From the NCBI GenBank assembly GCA_900696645.1, contig CAADGV010000007.1, positions 195,029 through 259,028 on the forward strand: a stretch of 64,000 nt of DNA. Direction: 5' to 3'. The DNA comes from an uncultured Chlorobiota bacterium. GTDB taxonomy: Bacteria; Bacteroidota; Ignavibacteria; UBA10030; UBA6906. The position numbers were made by a program, and so were the translations under genes. This document shows positions 27,696-37,404 of the stretch, piece by piece (the first letter of the stretch is position 1; the number at the start of each line of letters is the position of its first letter). The notes under the pieces were generated by a model that was given only the letters and a program-made list of their open reading frames with translations, had not been told where the DNA came from and made no database searches.

Positions 27696-28322
27696 ATGAA
27701 AAAACTTCTGATAATCTTGGCATTACTGACTGCGTCATTTTCGGCATCGCAGGCACAGGTCTCGTTTAGCGGCGGCCCGCACGGCGGATTGACATTCTCA
27801 TCGTTTCCGCAAGGAGTAAAGGATTTTTACGGAATCGGGTTTGGCGGCGGCGCTCACGCAGATTTGAATATCGCCAGCTTTCTGACGACCCGGCTGAATT
27901 TTGATTACAACATGTTTCCTTCAGACAAGACGAAACTGAAGACGCAATTCAGAGTTACCGATCCGAACGGAAATCCGACGAACGACTTCGATGTTACGGG
28001 CGGAAATGTCTCGATTATCGGAATGTCGTTGAATGGAATCGGCAAGATTCCGACGCATTCATCCGTTACTCCGTACGGCATGATCGGCTTCGGACTTCAC
28101 ATCCTGAACCAGAGTGAACTGAAGGTAACAGCCGGAGGAAATACCCTGCTCACCATTCCTTCTCCATCGAGTGACACGAATTTCGGAATGAACTTCGGCG
28201 CCGGTGTTGAATTCGGGCTGGGTAACAGGACGAAATTGTTTGTTGATGTGAAGTATGTGTTGATCTTCACCCAAAATGCAAATTCGTCGCATCTTCCGGT
28301 GACAGTAGGGTTTACGTTCTGA
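27696..28322 (+). CDS. Small outer-membrane beta-barrel protein (OmpW/porin-family-like).
   Basis: A signal peptide MKKLLIILALLTASFSASQAQ. Gly/aromatic-rich alternating strands end in GFTF. Confidence 0.55.
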   Translation: MKKLLIILALLTASFSASQAQVSFSGGPHGGLTFSSFPQGVKDFYGIGFGGGAHADLNIASFLTTRLNFDYNMFPSDKTKLKTQFRVTDPNGNPTNDFDVTGGNVSIIGMSLNGIGKIPTHSSVTPYGMIGFGLHILNQSELKVTAGGNTLLTIPSPSSDTNFGMNFGAGVEFGLGNRTKLFVDVKYVLIFTQNANSSHLPVTVGFTF

Positions 28323-28583
28323 TGTTCTCGTCGGGTGCCGTCGCGAGCGGTTCGGCGCCCGGTACGTTCTCTGAAAATCAAACAATCTAATCAACGCAAC
28401 AAGAAATATCATGTTCGCATTCTTCACTCTCATACCTCTCCTTCAAAGCGCAGCAGACGCTCATGCAGCGCTCAGCAAGCCGACTTCCGTCAAGGAAGAA
28501 AGCAAGCGAAATGTAGGAGAGAAGAAGAGGTTCACGAGCAGACATTTATCGAAAACACACGCAGGGAAGAAGGCGGTTGTCAA

Positions 28584-29666
28584 ATGCTAAGAGCAATACA
28601 ACATACAGGTTCAGCAATTGTCGGCGGCGTTATCTCGTCGTTTATTTTCATCGCCATTGGCGGGCGCTTTGCAATGCATGTGCTTGCGCTCTTCACACAT
28701 CAACCGCTGACGTTCAGCATCGAAGGGACAATTGCAGCATTGGTGTTTTCGACATCGATTGGCGTCATAGGTGGAATCCTGTTCAGTCTGGTCGGTCGTC
28801 ATTTACCCGGCTCTCAGGCGTCGAAAGGGGGGTATTTTGGACTATTGCTTTTCATTGTTCTTATACCGATGTTGCCAGCCCCAATTCAGGAGGACGCGCT
28901 TTCGCTTGGCAGATACATTCCGCTGGCAATCACAATCTTTGGACTTCTTCTCATGGGTTTCGGTGCAACGCTTTCGTTCCTGCACCGGAAGCTCGGCAGT
29001 GTACAAATGAGCCGGCACTCACACCCGGTCACACAGAACCCGGAGCAATCCGTCATTCACTTTTCCAATAACAATATGGAGGATTCCATGAAAGTCTCAC
29101 GCACCGCTGTTGTGTGCATTGTAGCGTTTGTTCTTCTCGCGCAAGCATCTTCGTCTGCGCAACAGAAGTCTGCCGAAGACAAGAAACTGATTCAACGAGG
29201 CGAATACCTCGTTACTCTGGGTGGATGTAATGATTGTCATACACCCAAGAAAATGGGGCCGCATGGCCCGGTGCTTGATGAATCACGACTTCTCTCTGGT
29301 CAACCTGCACACGAACCAATCCCTGAAATTCCGCAGGGCGTTCTCGCTCCGGATAAGTGGATGGCAGTCACCAACGGGCACCTGGCAGCATGGGCGGGTC
29401 CTTGGGGTGTCAGCTTTGCACGTAATCTCACGCCCGATGTCGAAACAGGGCTCGGCAGCTGGACTGAGGCGATGTTCATCAAAACGTTGCGAACGGGCAA
29501 GCAAATGGGAGAAGGCCGTCCGATTTTACCCCCAATGCCGTGGGAAAACTTCGCCAAGCTTACGGATGCAGACTTGAAAGCCATCTTCGCATATCTCAAA
29601 TCATTGCCGCCGGTTCGCAACAGCGTGCATGACCCGATTCCCCCGGCCGGGGCTGACCACAAATAA
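28584..29666 (+). CDS. Membrane-tethered mono-haem cytochrome c. An N-terminal 4-TM domain is in frame with the cytochrome c domain, whose own possible start is at 29088.
   Basis: Four hydrophobic helices lie in residues 1-140. A fifth hydrophobic segment (or signal peptide) MKVSRTAVVCIVAFVLLAQASSSA follows, then CNDCH haem-binding and a downstream Met ligand region. No stop codon separates the two parts. Confidence 0.5.
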   Translation: MLRAIQHTGSAIVGGVISSFIFIAIGGRFAMHVLALFTHQPLTFSIEGTIAALVFSTSIGVIGGILFSLVGRHLPGSQASKGGYFGLLLFIVLIPMLPAPIQEDALSLGRYIPLAITIFGLLLMGFGATLSFLHRKLGSVQMSRHSHPVTQNPEQSVIHFSNNNMEDSMKVSRTAVVCIVAFVLLAQASSSAQQKSAEDKKLIQRGEYLVTLGGCNDCHTPKKMGPHGPVLDESRLLSGQPAHEPIPEIPQGVLAPDKWMAVTNGHLAAWAGPWGVSFARNLTPDVETGLGSWTEAMFIKTLRTGKQMGEGRPILPPMPWENFAKLTDADLKAIFAYLKSLPPVRNSVHDPIPPAGADHK

Positions 29667-29670
29667 ACGA

Positions 29671-30510
29671 ATGATGCTTGACATGAAAGCAGGAAACATT
29701 CAGCGACGAACCACCGTTCTTTTGGCTGCAGGCGTTGCGATTACCGTCAATCTCTTTGCTGCTCAACCGTACAAGGCGATTGTAGTGAAGGAGGGAGGGA
29801 CGATTTCCGGTGTTGTTCGATTACTGGGAAAGGCGCCGAGGCTGGGCTTCGATATCACGAAAGACAACGACTGGTGCGGGACGACGAAGAAGTCGCCGCG
29901 CCTTGTGGTTGGAGAAGAAAACGGCGTTGCCAACACCGTAATTTCGATAGAGGGGATTGTCGAAGGGAAGAAGCACGTCTCCGGCGGGAAGTATGTTCTC
30001 GACCAGAGGAAATGTGAATACGTTCCGCATGCTCTGCTGCTTCCAATGGGTTCGCCGCTGGAGATTGTGAACAGCGACGCCGTTCTTCACAACGTGCATA
30101 CGTATGAAGGCAACGGGCGGACGGTTTTCAATATCGCCCAGCCGATAAAAGGTGTTCGCTTTCCCGTGAAGGCTTCACAATTTGCTGTGCCGGGTGCGTA
30201 CCACGCAACTTGCGATGCGGGCCATCCCTGGATGAGTGCTTACGTAATTGCGATGGAGCATCCCTATTATGCAATTACAGATGCGAATGGGAAATTCGAA
30301 CTGAAAGATGTTCCTCCCGGAACGTACAAACTCACGATGTGGCACGAGGGAGTGAATGTTGCCCGAACCGAATGGGATGGCAAGAAAGCGAAGGCCTACT
30401 ACTACGAACCTCCGTATGAGGAAATCCGGGAAGTTGTTGTTCAGCCCAATGGGAATATCTTGGTTGACTTCATGCTGGAATTGAGACCTGCAGCAATAGT
30501 GAAGAATTAG
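29671..30510 (+). CDS. Secreted protein with a possible type-1 copper (cupredoxin-like) site and a CarbopepD-reg-like beta-sandwich.
   Basis: A signal peptide. A His...Cys-x3-His-x2-Met arrangement (LHNVHTYEG ... CDAGHPWMSAY). A second beta-sandwich reads ITDANGKFELKDVPPGTYKLTMWHEG. Confidence 0.45.
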   Translation: MMLDMKAGNIQRRTTVLLAAGVAITVNLFAAQPYKAIVVKEGGTISGVVRLLGKAPRLGFDITKDNDWCGTTKKSPRLVVGEENGVANTVISIEGIVEGKKHVSGGKYVLDQRKCEYVPHALLLPMGSPLEIVNSDAVLHNVHTYEGNGRTVFNIAQPIKGVRFPVKASQFAVPGAYHATCDAGHPWMSAYVIAMEHPYYAITDANGKFELKDVPPGTYKLTMWHEGVNVARTEWDGKKAKAYYYEPPYEEIREVVVQPNGNILVDFMLELRPAAIVKN

Positions 30511-30534
30511 AGCTTTCCGTACAGATTTGTTTAT

Positions 30535-30570
30535 GAAGGCACTTCACCGTTTGTGTGGGTGCCTTTTCTA
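30535..30570 (+). terminator. Rho-independent terminator.
   Basis: An AAGGCAC / GTGCCTT stem followed by TTTTCT. Confidence 0.5.
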
Positions 30571-30813
30571 CTTCTATGCCTCTGATGCTTGACGAAATGT
30601 CAACATCAACCGTCGTTTTTTCATTCCCCTCTGAAATCATTTCACCACTCCTCTGACGAAGTGACATCGCATGAAACTGCGGCAGATGTTGATAGCTTCA
30701 TAACCTTTTAATTTGAAGGACTTTCCCTGTTGCGGCGTGAATGGCACACGCGTTGAATACTGATAGGCAGAACACCAGAATTCATCAAAACAAAAAATTC
30801 AGGAGGATCAACG

Positions 30814-31260
30814 ATGTTAGTCCAAGTACGCCGCTATCCAACCATCAATCCGCTGTTGAGCGAGATCGCCGATTTCGAACGCCAGGTGGCAAAGGTGTTT
30901 GATAGTTTTCTTTCGGGCGAGGCGCAAGTCAGCCGGTCCTATGCTCCGCCGATGGATATTGTCGAGAACGACAACGAGACGCTTGTCGTTACAGCGCTTT
31001 CCGGTATGAGCAAAGACGACGTGAAGATTTCGGTTGAGAACGACATTCTTACCATCTCCGGCACACGCAAGGAAAATCAACTGCCCGAAAAAGCCCGGTG
31101 GGTAAGGAATGAAATCCGGACAGGCCAATTCACACGCTCAATCCGCCTGCCGAAAGGAACGGATTCAGGAAAAATCTCAGCCGAGATGAACGACGGCCTG
31201 TTGAAGATCGTGTTGCCGAAGGCCGAGGAAGTGAAACCGCGTGAAATTCGTGTCCAATAA
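30814..31260 (+). CDS. Hsp20/alpha-crystallin small heat-shock protein (1 of 3).
   Basis: An alpha-crystallin domain (PPMDIVENDNETLVVTALSGMSKDDVKISVENDILTISG...LPKAEEVKPREIRVQ). An RBS AGGAGG is present. Confidence 0.85.
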   Translation: MLVQVRRYPTINPLLSEIADFERQVAKVFDSFLSGEAQVSRSYAPPMDIVENDNETLVVTALSGMSKDDVKISVENDILTISGTRKENQLPEKARWVRNEIRTGQFTRSIRLPKGTDSGKISAEMNDGLLKIVLPKAEEVKPREIRVQ

Positions 31261-31286
31261 GATTGCGAAAGAAAGGAGGAAACCAT

Positions 31287-31682
31287 ATGTCAACCAACAA
31301 TGATGTCACAGTCGTGCAGCAGGATAACACAGCGATGATCCGAAAGCCCGACCCGGTTGCGACCGTCACGCCGCTGGCTGACATCTACGAGACGCCCGAC
31401 GCGTACGTGTTGCTGCTCGACATGCCGGGAGCAACGAAGGACTCGATCAGCATAACGATGGATCAATCAACCCTCGTGATTCGGGCGAGTGTTGAAGGCT
31501 ATGTAAGAGAAAACGCGACGCTTCTGTTCAACGAAATCCCCGGCGTTGGTTTTCAACGGACATTCAACCTCACCGACGGCATTGACCGTGACAATGTGGA
31601 CGCACGATACGAAAACGGCGTGCTGATGGTGAAGTTGCTGAAGAAAGAAGAATTGAAACCGCGAGAAATCCGGATTCAATAA
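31287..31682 (+). CDS. Hsp20 small heat-shock protein (2 of 3).
   Basis: An alpha-crystallin fold with a C-terminal I-x-I-like motif (REIRIQ). An RBS AAGGAGGAAACC precedes ATG 31287. Confidence 0.8.
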   Translation: MSTNNDVTVVQQDNTAMIRKPDPVATVTPLADIYETPDAYVLLLDMPGATKDSISITMDQSTLVIRASVEGYVRENATLLFNEIPGVGFQRTFNLTDGIDRDNVDARYENGVLMVKLLKKEELKPREIRIQ

Positions 31683-31736
31683 CCGGTAATCACATTCACA
31701 GTATAACACACTACACAATCAGGAAGGAGGCTTATT

Positions 31737-32207
31737 ATGTCACTCGTACGTTGGAACCCGGTTCGCGATTTAGCGACCTTTCCTTCTGACATTGTAAGCA
31801 TGCAGAAGGAGATCAATCACATGTTCGACCGCTTCTTCCGGGGCGGTACGCTGGAGGAAGGCGACATTATGCCGACCACGTGGCTGCCCGCGGTCGACCT
31901 CGTTGAGAAGGACAACGAGTTTGTTGCCAAAGTGGAACTTCCCGGCGTCAACAAAGACGATGTGAAGATTACGCTGCAGGAAAACATTCTCACCATCAGG
32001 GGCGAGAAGAAGGAAGAGAAGGAAACAAAAGAATCCAGCTATCATCGTCTCGAACGAAGCTACGGCTCATTCCAGAGATCCTTCACGCTTCCGACAACGG
32101 TCAAGGCCGACAAAGTCGAAGCACAGTACAAGGATGGCATCCTGACGATCAACCTGCCTAAAGCCGAAGAGGCGAAGCGCAAGCAGATCGAGGTGAAGGT
32201 TCGGTAA
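31737..32207 (+). CDS. Hsp20 small heat-shock protein (3 of 3).
   Basis: Canonical sequence: AVDLVEKDNEFVAKVELPGVNKDDVKITLQENILTIRGEKK...AEEAKRKQIEVKV. Confidence 0.85.
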   Translation: MSLVRWNPVRDLATFPSDIVSMQKEINHMFDRFFRGGTLEEGDIMPTTWLPAVDLVEKDNEFVAKVELPGVNKDDVKITLQENILTIRGEKKEEKETKESSYHRLERSYGSFQRSFTLPTTVKADKVEAQYKDGILTINLPKAEEAKRKQIEVKVR

Positions 32208-32242
32208 CGCGTGAAGCGCAAAGGCCGCTAACTACATAGCAA

Positions 32243-32300
32243 CAACGGGCATCGATGCTGGTTATGGTGGGATTGCATCGGTTGCCCGTTTGTTTGTCTG
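32243..32300 (+). terminator. Rho-independent terminator between the Hsp20 genes and lon.
   Basis: An AACGGGCATCGATGC / GCATCGGTTGCCCGTT stem followed by TGTTTGTCTG. Confidence 0.5.
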
Positions 32301-32382
32301 TAACGTCGACGGCAAATTGAAAGAAACGAATTAAATCAGGAAGATGTTTCAAGCAGTGAAGACCCATTGAAAGGCTGAAGCA

Positions 32383-34758
32383 ATGAAGAAAACACAAGTC
32401 CCGCAGGCTCTGGCGGTATTACCACTCCGAAATTCGGTGTTTTTCCCGGGGCAAATCATGCCGTTGTCAGTTGGACGGGAAAGCAGCATCCGCGTAATCG
32501 AGGAGGCGCTCAAAGATGACGGGCACATCGTCATCGTTGCCCAAACAGACGGAAGCATCGAGAAGCCGACGGAGAAGGATATTCACTGGGTGGGAACCCT
32601 CGCCAAAGTACTGAAGCAATTCACCCTTGCCGACGGCACGCGCAGTGTACTGATGCAAGGGATTGAACGCGTACAGCTTCTTTCCATCTTGCATGCTGAA
32701 CCGTATCTCCGAGCCGTTGTCCGTTCCGTTGAGGAAACGACAGAGGCCGGTATGGAAATCGACGCAATGGCGACAAACATCAAAAGTCTCTTCAAGAAAG
32801 TCGTCGAACTCTCGCCGAATCTGAGTGAAGAACACCTTACAGTCATTTTGAACACTGAAGATCATAGCGTAATGGTCGACAGCGCGACATCGATGCTGCC
32901 GGTTTCTGTCGAGGAGAAACAAAAAATTCTGGAGACATTCGATCTTCGGAAGCGACTTGAAGAATTGACGCTCGTTCTCACAACGTTTGTTCAGAAGCTT
33001 GAGCTGGGGAGCAAAATCCAGTCTGAAGTTCAGGACGGCATTAATAAAACTCAGCGGGAGTATTATTTGCGCGAGCAGCTGAAGGCCATCAAAAAAGAGT
33101 TGGGAGAGGATGATGAAGGCGTCGAACTGACCGAGCTTCGCAAGCGTATCGATGATGCCCATCTTCCCGAAGAGGCGTTGAAAGTTGCTGAAAAAGAACT
33201 GAAGCGCCTCTCGCAAATGAACCAGGCCTCAGCCGAATATACTGTCAGCAGAACGTATCTTGATTGGATTCTCGACTTGCCGTGGAGTGTGAGTACTGAA
33301 GACAATCTCGACATCAAGAAGGCGAAGGAAGTTCTCGAAAATGATCACTACGGTTTGGATAAAGTGAAGAAGAGAATTCTGGAGTATCTCGCCGTTCGGA
33401 AGTTGAAGAACGATATGCGCGGCCCCATTCTTGTGTTCGTCGGCCCGCCGGGTGTCGGCAAAACCTCCCTTGGCCGCTCGATTGCGAATGCGCTCGGCAG
33501 GAAGTTCGTCCGCATTTCGCTCGGCGGCGTGCATGATGAAGCGGAAATTCGCGGACACCGGAGAACCTATATCGGGGCGTTACCCGGCAGGATTATTCAA
33601 GGACTCCGCAAGGCCGGCTCCAACAATCCCGTTTTCATGCTCGACGAAGTAGATAAGGTGGGAAATGATTTCCGCGGCGACCCGTCGGCGGCTTTGCTTG
33701 AAGTTCTTGATCCGGAACAGAACTCGACATTCAGCGACCACTACCTTGAGATACCTTTCGATCTCTCAAAAGTCATGTTCATAGCAACGGCCAACATGAT
33801 CGAACCGGTACCTCCGGCGTTGCGCGACAGAATGGAGATTATTGACATTCCAAGCTATGTCGAGGACGAGAAGCTTCATATTGCAAAACGATTTCTTTTA
33901 CCGAAGCAGGCGAAAGAGCACGGGCTGCAACTTGAACAGTTTGAAGTGACAGATGATGCCATGCGGGGAATTATCTCGGGCTACACACGTGAAGCAGGCG
34001 TTCGGAATCTCGAACGAAAAATAGCCACGGTCGCCCGCGGCGTTGCAAAGGATGTCGCCGAAGGGACGATAACGAAAGCTACCGTTGGCAAAGACAATCT
34101 TACCAAATATCTCGGACAGCAGAAGTTCTTTCCCGATGTTGCCGAGCGCATCAATCGTCCGGGTATCGCCGTCGGGCTTGCCTGGACTCCTGTAGGCGGA
34201 GACATTCTCTTCATCGAGGCTACAAAGATGAAAGGGAAGGGAAATCTCACACTCACCGGTCAACTTGGTGACGTGATGAAAGAATCGGTGCAGGCAGCGA
34301 TGAGTTTCATTTCATCTCACGCAAAAGAACTCGGGTTGGATGAGAATTTCCGGAATGAAACCGATATTCACGTCCACGTTCCCGCGGGCGCAATCCCGAA
34401 AGACGGCCCGTCCGCCGGGGTGACAATGTTGACGGCATTGACATCGCTTCTTACGGATCGTTTGGTTCGAAACGATCTTGCAATGACAGGAGAGATAACG
34501 CTGCGAGGAGCCGTGCTGCCGATCGGCGGAGTGAAGGAAAAAGTAATCGCAGCGAATCGTGCAGGCATCAGAACTGTTCTGCTGCCGGAGCGCAACAAGC
34601 TCGACCTTGATGATGTTCCGAAGAGCGCGTTGGAAGGCATGACGTTCCATTTCGTGAAAGAGATGGCGGATGTGCTGAAGCTTGCACTCCTTTCCAAAGA
34701 AGATTCAGAAAGGAACCGGATGGGAGAGTTCAGTCTCGATGCCGTAGCCATGAACTGA
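32383..34758 (+). CDS. lon: ATP-dependent Lon protease.
   Basis: A Lon N-domain, the AAA+ Walker [10 protein letters not shown], and a C-terminal proteolytic domain with the catalytic PKDGPSAG. Confidence 0.95.
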   Translation: MKKTQVPQALAVLPLRNSVFFPGQIMPLSVGRESSIRVIEEALKDDGHIVIVAQTDGSIEKPTEKDIHWVGTLAKVLKQFTLADGTRSVLMQGIERVQLLSILHAEPYLRAVVRSVEETTEAGMEIDAMATNIKSLFKKVVELSPNLSEEHLTVILNTEDHSVMVDSATSMLPVSVEEKQKILETFDLRKRLEELTLVLTTFVQKLELGSKIQSEVQDGINKTQREYYLREQLKAIKKELGEDDEGVELTELRKRIDDAHLPEEALKVAEKELKRLSQMNQASAEYTVSRTYLDWILDLPWSVSTEDNLDIKKAKEVLENDHYGLDKVKKRILEYLAVRKLKNDMRGPILVFVGPPGVGKTSLGRSIANALGRKFVRISLGGVHDEAEIRGHRRTYIGALPGRIIQGLRKAGSNNPVFMLDEVDKVGNDFRGDPSAALLEVLDPEQNSTFSDHYLEIPFDLSKVMFIATANMIEPVPPALRDRMEIIDIPSYVEDEKLHIAKRFLLPKQAKEHGLQLEQFEVTDDAMRGIISGYTREAGVRNLERKIATVARGVAKDVAEGTITKATVGKDNLTKYLGQQKFFPDVAERINRPGIAVGLAWTPVGGDILFIEATKMKGKGNLTLTGQLGDVMKESVQAAMSFISSHAKELGLDENFRNETDIHVHVPAGAIPKDGPSAGVTMLTALTSLLTDRLVRNDLAMTGEITLRGAVLPIGGVKEKVIAANRAGIRTVLLPERNKLDLDDVPKSALEGMTFHFVKEMADVLKLALLSKEDSERNRMGEFSLDAVAMN

Positions 34759-34789
34759 GAACCCGGGCGTTTCCCGTCGGAGAAAATGA

Positions 34790-34822
34790 AAGGCGCCAGC
34801 CGAGGGGATGGCGCCTTTTTCT
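34790..34822 (+). terminator. Rho-independent terminator after lon.
   Basis: An AGGCGCCA / TGGCGCCT stem followed by TTTTTC. Confidence 0.55.
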
Positions 34823-34922
34823 ATTCCTTGTGTACCCGCGCTAACTCGTTGACTTTCACCCCTTAGTTTCGTACAATGCTGTGTAAAATAATCACTTACA
34901 GCACTTCACTCTCTTCTCTGAA

Positions 34923-35831
34923 ATGTCAAAATCGACAAAGTGGTTTCTGCTTATCTTTTCCATGCTGGTGGTCGTGGGCGTTGTGTTCACATTCCTGTTC
35001 TATTCAGCAATCAGGTCGGTGAGTGACGGTTCAAAGGAGGTTGTTACCGTTGGGCGCGGAGCCAAACTTGCACTCGTGGAACTTGTCGGCGAAATCCGAT
35101 CCTCCGAAGATATTATCAGGCAACTGAAGAAGTACCGTGAAGACTCATCCATTAAAGGAATTCTCCTTCGTATTGATTCCCCGGGCGGAGCAGTTGTTCC
35201 GAGCCAGGAAATGTATGAAGAAGTTCGCAAGACCCGCGACGTGAAACCCGTTGTTGTTTCGATGGGGTCACTTGCTGCGAGCGGCGGATACTACGTGGCA
35301 GTCGGTGCCACAAAACTCGTTGCAAATCGCGGCACACTTACAGGAAGCATTGGTGTGATTGCTGAGTTCCTGCAAGTGCAGGAAGCGATGAAGAAGTTGG
35401 GCGTTGATATCAAGACTGTGAAATCGGGGAAGTTGAAGGATGCTGGCACACCGGTGCGCAACATGTCCGCCGAAGCGGAGAAGTATTTTCAATGGCTGCT
35501 GGATGATGTACACCGGCAGTTCGTTACCGTTGTTGAGCAGGAACGGAAACTGAAGCACTCCGATGCCCTTGCCCTTTCAGATGGACGTGTGTACACGGGC
35601 GAACAGGCAATCGAGTTGGGTTTGGTCGACACACTTGGAACATACGAAGATGCCGTGCGGATCGCCGCAGAGCTTTCCGGCATTGACGGCGATCCGGCCA
35701 TTGTAAAGGAGCGGGAGAAGAAGAAATTCTTTGACAGAATGTTTGGAGATGTCGGCGAAAGCATTTCGGATATCAAAGAGGCGATCTTACAGAAGCCGAT
35801 TATGTCGTATCGCTTCATTGGACCTTTTTGA
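34923..35831 (+). CDS. sppA: Signal peptide peptidase SppA (36K type, S49 family).
   Basis: An N-terminal TM, the S49 motif SMGSLAASGGYYVA, and a Ser/Lys dyad context. Confidence 0.85.
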   Translation: MSKSTKWFLLIFSMLVVVGVVFTFLFYSAIRSVSDGSKEVVTVGRGAKLALVELVGEIRSSEDIIRQLKKYREDSSIKGILLRIDSPGGAVVPSQEMYEEVRKTRDVKPVVVSMGSLAASGGYYVAVGATKLVANRGTLTGSIGVIAEFLQVQEAMKKLGVDIKTVKSGKLKDAGTPVRNMSAEAEKYFQWLLDDVHRQFVTVVEQERKLKHSDALALSDGRVYTGEQAIELGLVDTLGTYEDAVRIAAELSGIDGDPAIVKEREKKKFFDRMFGDVGESISDIKEAILQKPIMSYRFIGPF

Positions 35832-35888
35832 GTTGTTACGTAGAAACCAAGAACGTTATTTCATCACCACAATACAGGAGGGTTTGAG

Positions 35889-36197
35889 TTGACCAAAGCC
35901 GATATTGTTGACCGCATTGCGACAGGAACAGGTCTGACCAAAGTCGATACAGAAGCGGTGGTGGATGGTTTCATCCTGACCGTGATTGACGCAATGAAGG
36001 AGGGGAAGAATATCGAGATTCGCGGGTTCGGAAGTTTCAAAGTCAAGAAGCGCAAGGGGCGTGTGGCGCGCAATCCTCGAACCGGTGAGCAAGTCATGGT
36101 TGACGAACACTGGGTGCCGCTCTTCAAAGTGTCGAAAGAAGTAAAACAGGCTGTGAACGAAAACCTCTCGAAAATGCCCCAAGTGTCCGGAGGGTGA
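35889..36197 (+). CDS. HU/IHF-family DNA-binding protein.
   Basis: The motif GFGSFKVKKRKGRVARNPRTGEQV is present. The TTG start is preceded by AGGAGG. Confidence 0.85.
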   Translation: MTKADIVDRIATGTGLTKVDTEAVVDGFILTVIDAMKEGKNIEIRGFGSFKVKKRKGRVARNPRTGEQVMVDEHWVPLFKVSKEVKQAVNENLSKMPQVSGG

Positions 36198-36200
36198 TGA

Positions 36201-37112
36201 ATGGCGGAGGCAGTCATGGTGTGTCCGGAGTGCAAGAGCAAGTTATCACCTTCCGATAAGTTCTGCCCGCAATGCGGTGCCAAGGTCATAGTCGGGGTTG
36301 AGAATGCAACACCTCAGGCGGCATCAGCAATGTTGACGTGTGAAGTGTGCGGACATGAAAACAGGCATAGCGGTTCGTTCTGTGAAGCGTGCGGTGTCAA
36401 ATTGCCACGGGCTGTAGCCTCCCCAGTGATACAGTCCCCGCAGAAACCTGAACTCCCGCCAATCTCCAAGACTCCAGTCAAGCGATCAGTGCCTTCCGTT
36501 GAGTTGCAGGCGCGACACTATGTCGGCATTGCGTTGTTGGTTGTCGTAGTCGGAGTATTCGTGTACATGGAGATACAGCGCGAAGTTCCGCAGCAAACAA
36601 CCCAAACTTCCTCGCCGGTGCAACAATCGGCATCCCAAACCGAGCATGCCAAGGAGATCCTCGCGACTGTCGAAAGGCTGCAACGTACCGTCAGCGAAAA
36701 CCCGAATGATATCGGCTCGAAGTTGCTTCTGGCAAACGCGCTGCATGATGGCGCAATGCACGACGCCAGTCTCCTGCCCCGCGCGATTGATGCATACAAA
36801 GCCTACCTAAAGGAAAAACCCGACGATCCGAATGCGAAGGTGGATTTGGGAATCTGCTATTTTGAGCTTGGCAAGATCGATTCGTTGCATTCCGCGAGGT
36901 TCTATGCGATGGCTATTGACGAGATGCTCTCTGCGGTGAAAAGCTCGCCTTCACATCAAGCCGGTGCGTTCAATCTCGGTATTGTGTATTTGTTCTCAGG
37001 GAACTTGCCGGAGTCGAACAGGTGGTTCAAGAAGGCAGCAGATTTGAATCCGGAATCAGAGTTGGGCAGACGAGCGAAGGCAATATTGGAACAACACAGA
37101 CAAGCAGGTTAA
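36201..37112 (+). CDS. Tandem zinc-ribbon + TM + TPR-repeat protein.
   Basis: Two CxxC...CxxC ribbons (CPECKSK...CPQCG and CEVCGHE...CEACG), one TM, then C-terminal TPR-like repeats. Confidence 0.6.
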   Translation: MAEAVMVCPECKSKLSPSDKFCPQCGAKVIVGVENATPQAASAMLTCEVCGHENRHSGSFCEACGVKLPRAVASPVIQSPQKPELPPISKTPVKRSVPSVELQARHYVGIALLVVVVGVFVYMEIQREVPQQTTQTSSPVQQSASQTEHAKEILATVERLQRTVSENPNDIGSKLLLANALHDGAMHDASLLPRAIDAYKAYLKEKPDDPNAKVDLGICYFELGKIDSLHSARFYAMAIDEMLSAVKSSPSHQAGAFNLGIVYLFSGNLPESNRWFKKAADLNPESELGRRAKAILEQHRQAG

Positions 37113-37141
37113 ATCAGCATCTTTCTACGAAAGGAGGTCGA

Positions 37142-37237
37142 ATGCCGAGCGGCAAAAAGCGCAAGCGCCACAAAATGGCAACGCACAAGCGCAAGAAGCG
37201 GCTGCGCAAACAGCGTCACAAGAAGAAGAATCGTTAG
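37142..37237 (+). CDS. bS22: 31-aa highly basic ribosomal protein bS22 (AURKAIP1-like small ribosomal subunit protein).
   Basis: MPSGKKRKRHKMATHKRKKRLRKQRHKKKNR follows the bS22 pattern (KKRR.R..K.HKRKKRLRK.R...K). A strong RBS AAAGGAGG lies 6 nt upstream, and a terminator lies immediately downstream. Confidence 0.6.
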   Translation: MPSGKKRKRHKMATHKRKKRLRKQRHKKKNR

Positions 37238-37245
37238 GCCGCCAC

Positions 37246-37280
37246 AATCCCGCCACTACCCGGCGGGATTTGTTTTTTTG
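37246..37280 (+). terminator. Rho-independent terminator after bS22.
   Basis: An AATCCCGCC / GGCGGGATT stem followed by TGTTTTTTT. Confidence 0.55.
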
Positions 37281-37404
37281 GTGAACAGATTGTACACGAT
37301 GGGGAGCAGGATCGGGCGATTTTGTTGCTTTTTTTCGACGAAGTTTATATCATGAAAACAAGTTCAAAAGGCATTTTTATCATACTTTGTTGGTGGAGGC
37401 TGTG

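Noticed and set aside
28335-28583. An N-terminal 83-codon extension of the membrane/cytochrome ORF (MPSRAVRRPVRSLKIKQSNQRNKK...).
   Set aside because: The translation is extremely Arg/Lys/Ser-rich and low in complexity, with no RBS at 28335. The hydrophobic membrane domain begins cleanly at the Met at 28584, so the extension is most likely non-coding leader.
30571-30813. A possible sigma-32-type or CIRCE heat-shock control element upstream of the first Hsp20.
   Set aside because: TTGAA-like hexamers are present, but no properly spaced CCCCAT -10 or CIRCE inverted repeat (TTAGCACTC-N9-GAGTGCTAA) could be found. No call was made.
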